Assembly: GCA_001643675.2 (NCBI GenBank)
Contig: LSRY02000006.1
Location: forward strand, 1,240,001-1,304,000
Reading direction: 5' to 3'
Length of the DNA stretch: 64,000 nt
Origin: Monocercomonoides exilis PA203
Taxonomy: Eukaryota; Protista; Preaxostyla
In this document: piece after piece, positions 62,001 through 64,000 of the stretch
How positions within the stretch are numbered: position 1 is the stretch's first letter
Layout of the letters: every line of letters begins with the position of its first letter
Notes under the pieces: model-generated
The model's database searches: none
What the model was told of the DNA's origin: nothing
The model's input: only the letters and a program-made list of their open reading frames with translations
Made by a program: the position numbers and the translations under genes

Positions 62001-64000
62001 GATATTCATATTTCATTCAACAAAAGCCACTTTGAAGCATGTTCTACCAATCAAACTTCCGATGAATCAATCTACGGAGGAGCTATAAAGCTTTGTATGT
62101 CTCCAGATAATGTGCTGAAATTTGAAGAATGTGAATTCAAAACTTGCATCATACAAACTGTTGATTCTGCAAATCATGTAAATGACGATGTAAACTATCT
62201 TTCTTTTGGAGGTGCGATTTATTTATCACTTCTTGATGCAAGCGTCAATTGGTGTATCTTATCTAATCCTTTCCCAATTTCCACGAGCATAGAGTCCAAC
62301 AAGGCTGTCTTTGGCAACGATCTGTTTGTTTCGTCTCCAAACATGACAAAAAGCATCACCACAGACACAATCGCGTTTCCTATCACACCCAATATTCATT
62401 CAAACGAATTGTCGATGTACGGCGATGATTATCAGAATAACAATGAAATTCCTGATAGAATACCTTTGGTATTTTTCCTTATAGCGCTTCCATCTTCTGT
62501 GTACGTATCTGAAGTTGGTGATAAATCTGCTATTTGTGGATTTCCAACATGGCCTTGTATCACTGTGAACGAAGGAATTAAACGGAGGCAGCAAGAGGCA
62601 ACTATTAGAGGAGATGAAGATGCACCGTCTAAGATAAATAATGTTGACATTGTAATCAATAATAAAGAAGACATTCAAGGCGAAGTTACGTTTACACTTC
62701 CTTTACGCATTACTTCAGAAAATGTTGAAGTTGATGATAAAACAACATTCAAAATGGAAACTCTCGTTATTCATTCGTTAGAAAACGAAGTTTCACAAAT
62801 AAATTTTGTGAACTTGGATGATTATTCGGGCTTAGTTGGAGTTTTGCATAATTCTGGTTCCAATGTGACTTTTATTTCAACCACTTGCTGCATCTGCAAA
62901 ACACAGATTAATAGTGATTATATTTTGTATTCTTCAAAAGGAGAACTTCGATTGGTTAATTGCAATGTTATAGTAACTTCATCTTCAATTTCTCTTGGAA
63001 ACCACTTTTCAGGAATTGCAGGTGGTATTCTAACTTTGAATAACTTCAGTTTTGATCCGTCTGGCACCAACACTTTTCAAAAGTCTATTTTTATGATTTA
63101 CGGCACAGATACAAATTGCTTATTGGCAAATCTTTCGTTTTCAAATTTGATTGGACAAGGCTCGTCTAGTCTTTTCCAGCTTTCGGGAAAGCCATCAATA
63201 GAATTGAGTGAAAGCAATTTTTCGAATGTGAAACTTGACAAATCGCCAATCATTTCTTTGCTCTCTGCTCAAAAATTGCAGCTCAGCAAAGTCAAATTCT
63301 CTGATATTGAAAGAAATTCAACAAATGGAGCTGTTCTATCAGTCCAAAATTCTTCTTTGCGAGCTTCTTCATCACTTTACGATCTCGTGAGTTCTTCTGG
63401 TTCTTCGTTGAATTCATTAAACACAAGCGTAATATTGAATAATATAACTTGCTCAAGAATTTCTATCAAAAATACATACCAAATTAAACAAGGAGGAGCA
63501 TTGTATGCTGAACTTAGCAACAGTATTTCATTCAAAGTTAATTCATCGAGCTTTGAGGATTGCGACGTCTCCGAAGAGCCAAGAGCAGATAGTCGTGGAG
63601 GTGCAATATCTATTATTCTAGATGGAACAAGCATTGAATGGGTTATTGATAATCCACTGTTTCCAGACCACCTTTCTGATAGCTCAAATAAAGCACATTT
63701 TGGGCGAGATTTATGTGTTTTATCTCAACATCTGAATCAAAGTATTACAGCAAATTGCATACCATTTGTTGATATTGCGAGCGAAAATCGATATCTGTTT
63801 GATCATTCTTCACTTGTTGGTATTGAAGAAGAAGATTCAGATTGCTATATTCCGTTACCATACTTGTTGCTTAGATTTGAAACTGATTCTTTGATACCAA
63901 CTTCGTCTGAAAATTGCGTTATACATACTTCTTCAAATGGAGATGACACCATTGCATGTGGTTTCGTTAATTACAGTTGTAGATCAATTCCTTATTCTGT
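41040..64000 (+). CDS. Giant intronless modular beta-helix (pectin-lyase-fold/Pmp-like) secreted or surface protein, >7,650 aa, 3' end outside the window
   Basis: ATG at 41040 follows an in-frame TAA at 41028. MIERSMRVFISFTTWILWFFQISTHLFC looks like a signal peptide. The same frame gives coherent motifs at spot checks 45816, 51228 and 63999. The ORF track lists no ORF in this frame, consistent with no stop before the window end. There are 16 CG..(P)C motifs and recurrent GGAI / GKGGG / NxAxxGxxLF motifs. Confidence 0.9.
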   Translation, partial: MIERSMRVFISFTTWILWFFQISTHLFCRTQCEELQKFSTIYSREKSYIELKHHASIATFSLMNSSLIIKTSILSMTGNQSSFYLNHFSNLHLRLCQMFITSIHSHHSILSEGIVQMENISFSLLENRFITSFVHSSSLKGVFVIKQSSFSSFSTNPHPTCFVSGQIGETIFLSNAFVNISSKLHPHLEQTKKSKYNIAMNFNMKGCIFTNVDNPLEGCLINIWQSTKRSQIFNSSFTGCKRFLQVSIMDSFHDLSISQKKRSSSSSFIMSQMDYSSTVEEASFSDCSFTRCSRASGNGGGICAVGKALNLLRTHFTNCSATGSNSKGGSIFVEEPENTASIDSCNFTSSLSTSHGSAISLYTTSCSIDITTCCFMHCFSSSGYGAVHIDGTIPIGSTSKIQMCVFVNNSGTYQFGDIFADGSCGSAMSNNNAIYQCVSLSNAPRIRMGSADFSNLAVLPTNGTSRDTIFVDGTAGSDWDNCGYLQEFSCRTLLFAVNVTNVSRYIIDANDGEYPEQQWSHSETKRVSIKGNLDDFSRVVITTSDSTLTEISSGSLTFTSVTIRHGDTSSSLLTVFHSSGSLSLNKCLITTISTSSSFSPPIILIRSGTFVAEKSRFVGFKGSNSAFVLVEGSAAITFNECSFSNIKRNNGNGASIEAALDGSSRMLVNNTNITSSQTMSGCGGGIYVNIGGTLGQTLLVIGASQGAGTVAFSSCTVNSDVPTNLGGGIGIRLGSNSAGFELNAASFSNCGTTNAPHVFVDAYKLDNYISQTSFRYITNINSDEHNSTLIGTKNYDRNRQIPLILYLRAASPSPIYVNENGIDFKYCGSEANPCSVILGERSSISSATQVIKLMNPFSFQQHLAFSTYSFDISSHSDAENYKFSFFDSPFSTNYEAPVIVYSSVSLQKIKFSMPQSISRMCNSAFLCSSPTAVLSIISCGFIAMQGITQISYSLVRITQGTVSINNTAEVPAASFNGVALFAATGTSSKLTIFQWNSSSTALKTTSSNVGLIDIRDGASLKLISSSLKNINSEHPIIMCNDGGINITETSMTNITRNAGNGGAVEGYLQNFDCSITSSNFSQCSTTANLSNGGSFYFSISKSDSLSISDVKFDQCKAASGNVEGRGGGIFIITSTYSSPFLLTSLTFTNCKATFGDNIFVQGHRLSLFVNHSTFSFAYSTANTKEMMGTDTNIDANTCISLLAYLTETAYSGFVCVSDVGVNYIDCGAHQLSPCETINGAIQYQTSGSSSMKLKLVSPFSMKKEITLSDTQTDITPETEGQSVLVTEDPLGTSLNGFISISIDTSITGITFIFSETFSYRAFIYCTENSLTVSSCSLKSAAGEPTAESPSQFHFSFVNLNGSRTTCSATMSSLTVQNALMVGSPLLKVFGASASSSISDSSFVNVKATETTGLFDISANGSLTIDGGSSFSDCNCSSSVYIYGSSAKSITLLSISVSRINFTSGYFVKQNGGTLMIDSHSEMTSISVNSEGFIKYSGKDSFFIASSFSDFDLSDSFLIGITSTELSSNVFVVSSSFSSFHINSGYLLKCTGQSTKTGKLNASSVTVQSISSTSYVPLVDVREFAEGYFDSAHFSMINQTSGSIVHLSSCISVNISSCSFGSVNTTDGCCIELDTINSVNVSEVTLSSIDVLNGRLIQCESLVSLFLSVSLSSITSSSSIPILSIDNSNSVTISSSLFSDITSSSSDCIQCTGCGDISVQSLSFSSILFQIAGSCFASNGFDTATFQQLSFSSLTIPSGYALSFSSAGNVQLTSSNFTSLNITDGAAIICSTLSQLRLLSDNFTSINASIGSCMKISSCNTFNLNQSVLSSICGHGNGASVYISESGGNSATRVIEQTSFLNSKSLDEEEPKLGGAVFVSLTAYQSMRVMNSNFSLCKVGTEKSRGGAIYLGTNGLGCSFNISTSQFETNSAFLGKNLFLTGSNLTALLFNQNKLNSFTAEQLSLSDNRNQFNGFETPDVSPVPLFLFIRERGNCTESYVDSIDPAFDATRSTSISGGHDFSACGLIDFPCLTIQGAFRNRLTDTNSATIRMKSLFTFHLSHQFSSSLMYLTSYPENGKVVFSENIQVGDSTLAVLTTSSSSSSSLFIENSTFSLPNRFSSFDTFLRHSSGSQLTLRRLNFCSNSANLTFDFVLLRCTSGSLHLSSTTFEKLRWASPSGMFQSDGSAQISLEHVIFIDTASTSSPLIGANGHSTVTLDNCLLDDSDSDANPIAQPFLSVGSGCLLKMIGTNITHSVLSTVSAIQIDNPQTALIQSCIFQNNTKLESNGGSVMITGTSGNVHIENCKFVKSSVSGNDPDGVGGGAVYGQLSESIVFMFNNTRMNECSAPLINKGKGGGVFLDLLDINVEFHFINASGAAIWTANVAERGRNIFLSSPNLSLSWDAAEFEGFDPTNWDDNDASGIYSSDSSNSIPLKHVMKPLQVDIFIDKNGVDSLQCGYSEYPCETLKHSFVRHNQEDQNVTVLSSFIQRCELDLTSTSFAIRSVSGQASAIIDQDSGETNYVFYINTTASINKMTFNVKQLQPSILYLFRVYSGITTFSSCQLTPSTNVAGFNFTLAIVERATLILDSFSLNASDYPSASILTSGCPLLCAESIGILSIANSSFYSRCNYNSAMIVSSGFSQTTITGTQFYNLTNVQAPIMEVRDSSSLTVNGSSSIKDLVQVSSPLINCVGRSTVLCNDSVSFTNIQATSCVLCVSINVNIDIKTTTFNLISLQSSTIITCEDPAHLNIEQSIFNNVQNANGNGSCLGIRGNNGIFDIKNSSFIGCSVAGVNASGGAIYAVISRGATIPVSFNIINSTFSSCSAPYLSTFLSNSIQNSSFSARNFLFTSSRTNSDEIGKGGGLFLHLNDADSQFVLGNSTKSSLWNGNAAEYGNNIFISSSELMTSIISEHFPAFAFDDASDPDLQGYDNHDESLSIPIRYYLISADLSIFVSSDGQAADATDCGRHNLYPCRTLSFAFTQSLTDNEDTTIVGNLNHSEVLDLTSGSLAIRSYSGNSILNIRLNTRLDTYVFQSSVRFSLFDISIKVGETPSTLETLFAVKGMRTTMSNVKLKPKSSSESFSFSFAKVTSGVLQMESFSLELEGSTSNVALFSDIEMLQAQSGGSIEIDNSRFSFRKPSGSPLLSIFGGGSMTIRNTVFEKMQNVDSNIISITDAASAILDGITVSELSLLSTSAVIVSSANNSNISNSEFSLVSRSTGSGSCVEMKENSGNLSIYSSDFSECTVTQERAKGGAIHANVKKGRFNLYSTSFSKCIAPTTKASSTSTPTSIETTYTWTRRGLGGAVSLLLEETEPDDLCSFCIDTLTCESNNADYGKNLFISSRDLKLSVTSATLPAFQPDNWWYGDMMGSDGLDDTEPLPLGFCILTTENISVSDDGIDNIICGFENYACKTLDYSQNRSIKIMNSTSQAKIIINNRISQTSTFRTNNLITSIVLTSSASAAYSVISVGPGASGTCAIETSISSLFSFVSFEVPTTSIQKGTFTTALAHTQSTLQLSSCMFYPRSLDASSLSSFILCTGGNTIISNLLLHSVSPSEASSLATPFLLGSVNLIEVSNNAMVTLANTSFSYIRINSGNFIRTATGGSLSLSKVTFQNIESQSGFILTFTNGTSLLIAECTFENVKKTLNNQQGSLNIYSNNAEVNIESSTFTDCSAVGSGSTGGAICVTLAGSGSLKMLDVSSSECSVPFTSDGSGKGGCMYLEMIKADCIISFSRTSLRNTWTNNKATVGNNLFIYSPSLQQTMQSGTFDLFGTCDTWIDFDYAGALTSSPYQFLPLQYFLLTRPSPLVVTSASSGSDSPVCGFLNYPCQTLNYTLANVATDANPVLGILNELNQSAPVTFEDRELITVTSAQSPSRAILRILATSFSSESIFAIKSNVVFNLLLFSSTLSNPTNIKQMFHVQANKIQFVNCLLSPIDSSSAYVFSFVRLSFGETIINTFSFNTSSYHQPIFTLSQMLLLEDGNLQIFQCNFAYAGSDGVELISGLKGTLNISLTTFSHMNSLTHPIISVSGPVILQVETCTFNDLSSGSCAIKLAECSSNCQISECTFDQITRSSLNGSAICITAGNGPVIVKSNNFSFCRSAGDSSSGGAMFSLIEEGSSRIQISNNSFSDCSTPFDNTKSGKGGGLGLCIMNTQASLLVTNGSDAKWSNNNAKIGKHMFVEADDLMEVVKPSSFVGFSTTEWEQDEFSGIYSSQPDLVIPLKLLFVELATSLLVSTNVSSATDSPVCGRSEVFPCASLEYSLLQHVSSLNSASILGQVEQRSQLIIEDVQKTLDKSGDKAYILINQSASISSVFRIRANFTVNNLIFGILANTAVLEAALCVEQNTLTMSNCALQPKNDGSAESVSLIIVSGGSCFLSSFSFYEVTDASSKAALFVGKPFVFVNDSGSFTANDCNIVSRASQNCPLFEGKGRSLTFVNCIFSNLGNVTQPLIFISSGCIGALSDFCAFRNIQSTNSDIIRVENSSEISLTSVEIADSSFSGSSFCCCEASCSATISLCNFTAIKRLSGNGSALHCVLSNDGKLSCQNCQFVECAVNGDESNGGALFCSIAPTALTAVLANNSFEKCSAPNATLNGGLGGGFLLLLSENGGTFTIKTTSDSRWVDNSAKYGTNLFIESVALNEVVNQLSFIGFQTDLWGDNDFCGYHIPNEIDVVPLRFFFTDLSLQVFVDDTGIDNSACGDKDYPCNSFSYAFSKLGSGIRNVKIVSEVKQQETLDLSEGSVIINGLGTGSNALVTIEQSESDSSALFNISIPWEFISVTFQICAMQNSITSCFLVSLSSLSLHSCKIKPATSTLSVPFSFIIMNDGSLVMNDVSYDLQSSSSTEPLFSSASLIKLLGGEAIIQNSLFQQRSSVNAPLFSASGSSILTISGSSFTKLRSTKSPIISGNEMATVNLNSFEGSCTEFTDIKESQESLVVASDSSNLKIESAVFSSIALQNASLIKFNSQRSLNLTNGTMNLISKGNGKGSCFDLVAALSSEIIINSSKFSGCEVLQEEAEGGCAFCKIDDNQPTVCFISNQYSNCKALTNGKGGAISLSLTVSDAQFSFANRTTPEGLKLQSVFADNFASIGNNLFITSPSLASSMLRSRFEFFNYYDTTIYHSFDDQWSWNRNDYCGVDSMTSNSILSLGYYLMDQHDSIHVMSGTRQGHDVTNCGFYDHPCRTLTYAIERQLTPRTHHAGRQSIKIIVNESVYAKQPVASNGKPFIIEKESESSNDYSLLIIERLSDSEAESQQPLDDSFFVFDSETKFLSLSLIVPKDLNGRKQLISLLANSLTISDCQLHSDNTAPLNYDFLSVTSGSVVIEQFLTNNGDSLFASEVYAPSFGECSFLSTANSSIQIVIRNSTFKDINVRGNTSLMNLGNNVVLQLEGTSFESISLTSPTFPSSSSSSHLINMLQNSSLIVRPLETIPLKDSHFTSITLQEGSLIRSIYPKVLYISASFNDISTANGDGSCVQLGSTDLFALSAPDEYSITPSPIMSSIQITNSAFSSCYANSKTAKGGALKLLLQQGMLQTNITNCSFERCICPDDDESTAKGGAVYLHLDDPEVRWFFEIYNQTATSDSVFLDNEARYGRNLFVSSFNLLSSVKRERFNSFNDQSCLDCLSAMEGHDSLDDSIVVSLCFYLMNLSNELYISYQSDDRNICGFLDYPCKTLPFVLNRYNGAECVVYVCEMFEFFDEYEIAKDNLSIFPKPLSDGPNGIIRINESRNNLNDGMLTIRKLLQIEKINFVFATDILNSAFIFLDRGSASLKSCFINVNYSGGISFSFATIVGGIFELNEFSCSQLNVLSTSLIMSQQKTDLEISNSEFLFTHFSEGSVVSSFSQCQCTILNTTFENITSNGDYGSCIRYFENSLDDPSVSTYASSSSLSASTTLCSQYKNFDPVYPFSITNSSFSRCQIINTTSSLQHGWGGALFVYLSQDSSFYLSKTSVIACKAPFGESEHGRGGGLCLLLGFDTLSWIVNWMTFPEDTNLQHQNDAATGKDLFLLAPNLNKTVNSISLPFVHPENETHSDFNHLFWIGHNSGEEVPIPLPYYVLFFDTNTFIQPDGISETCPEAFVSDMGVDSTACGFSKYPCLTMQWTEGRLKERSDFNCSIITVISSVTLKEEFESLFEALLIRQINSRVFLKVENVEKINYKGVIQNSRILTLSNVNLNIPVVINHLALIYQTQNYLSIDNTTIQSADSSLNAFSYPLLIADGGHTEISNLQIISDISTEITHSSNGIRQNDNIIPFTFNSSFIIVRNESTNVSLTNVELKFCDINDSSFITAHSKANTCIKNMTASFINLRNAQFMEFQLTESLLIEKFIVQNISSDESLAFIRGRQISSVKVIESLFELVSTEGAAIFEFEDCMNTVFEENEFIDITSSSSSCVVLVSPLGDVSIKQCDFSKVIKKKCNGSCILILEQHSDYAALHNSEEDPSTEESCVIDSSKVLINAFNCSFDCCALDTENDALGGALCAFLDESLALVVNETRISSCSCPENADYSSCGGGIYLYLHNLQSQWILSSPVFPLLGESTANKARFGRDFFLSSFSLLDNVNRCSIQGVIIPDELNSIDKSSLQGFDNHQNQTAISLLFYLMTLNQTFLFVDSTGSDVTNCGFRNNPCCTVSYAYSHRLISTQNITIQNETIFISHFVVLENELWIRPLLIEGEELYLSTSRMLSQKNSYNSEMLSSHLMHNSKRNEPTNALIVVEDDSDNPRGDLPGSGDIGVVVISNNCHISHVTFLIASKLNEWDYLFNQRSSTFTLENSAFKRRSNTYSIQWSFISVSGGSFSLVDFAFEQESDDVISSRLNTIRLSESGSAPFFKGCTFLKASNQGVVASVKDLKISDTQFENDLPFFTCLKKAQMTISSSSFSLQKLSNSVSYFEINDGSSLSILNSSFNTITLNSCDPFFKCQENACFTLVDVKFLSFINPGTQIICLENDCKTTFTELNFSRISGQNYDGICVCIGDAGSTSSGFDTEDIHISFNKSHFEACSTNQTSDESIYGGAIKLCMSPDNVLKFEECEFKTCIIQTVDSANHVNDDVNYLSFGGAIYLSLLDASVNWCILSNPFPISTSIESNKAVFGNDLFVSSPNMTKSITTDTIAFPITPNIHSNELSMYGDDYQNNNEIPDRIPLVFFLIALPSSVYVSEVGDKSAICGFPTWPCITVNEGIKRRQQEATIRGDEDAPSKINNVDIVINNKEDIQGEVTFTLPLRITSENVEVDDKTTFKMETLVIHSLENEVSQINFVNLDDYSGLVGVLHNSGSNVTFISTTCCICKTQINSDYILYSSKGELRLVNCNVIVTSSSISLGNHFSGIAGGILTLNNFSFDPSGTNTFQKSIFMIYGTDTNCLLANLSFSNLIGQGSSSLFQLSGKPSIELSESNFSNVKLDKSPIISLLSAQKLQLSKVKFSDIERNSTNGAVLSVQNSSLRASSSLYDLVSSSGSSLNSLNTSVILNNITCSRISIKNTYQIKQGGALYAELSNSISFKVNSSSFEDCDVSEEPRADSRGGAISIILDGTSIEWVIDNPLFPDHLSDSSNKAHFGRDLCVLSQHLNQSITANCIPFVDIASENRYLFDHSSLVGIEEEDSDCYIPLPYLLLRFETDSLIPTSSENCVIHTSSNGDDTIACGFVNYSCRSIPYS

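Noticed and set aside
41384-63634. Dozens of short ORFs on the minus strand and in other + frames, which could suggest a pseudogene field or a stop-codon-reassigned genome
   Set aside because: All are explained by the single open +3 frame. Recognisable genes in the window end at TAA, TAG and TGA, so there is no evidence for an alternative code.
1-64000. CRISPR arrays, rRNA or prokaryotic operon structure
   Set aside because: No repeat-spacer arrays or rRNA-like sequence were seen, and the locus is eukaryotic with spliceosomal introns.

Overview
This is AT-rich, intron-containing eukaryotic DNA. It uses the standard genetic code (TAA, TAG and TGA all end genes) and has short GT(TT)...AG introns. 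The overall style fits an anaerobic metamonad protist such as the oxymonad Monocercomonoides; that assignment is an inference. The first ~40 kb is mostly minus-strand genes: an N-acylated MGCCC protein (partial), tRNA-Arg(UCU), a two-domain FtsX/MacB-type permease, a K/E-rich single-pass membrane protein, an RPRD/Rtt103-like CID protein, an RNI-like LRR protein, a TOGARAM/CLASP-like protein, CWF18/CCDC12, CCDC22, UFD2/UBE4, a signal-anchored papain-family protease and a small orphan ORF. On the plus strand are an intronless bacterial-type 3-methyladenine glycosylase, a decayed pogo/DDE_1 transposon and NMNAT. A nested foldback element lies at 6914-7556. The dominant feature is absent from the supplied ORF track, presumably because it has no stop in the window. 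It is one plus-strand reading frame from ATG 41040 to beyond 64000 (>7,650 codons). It encodes a giant, probably secreted or surface, beta-helix protein with at least 16 divergent modules, each marked by a GxDxxxCGxxxxPCxT motif and carrying Pmp-like GGA(I/V/L) and FxxC/FxxN motifs.
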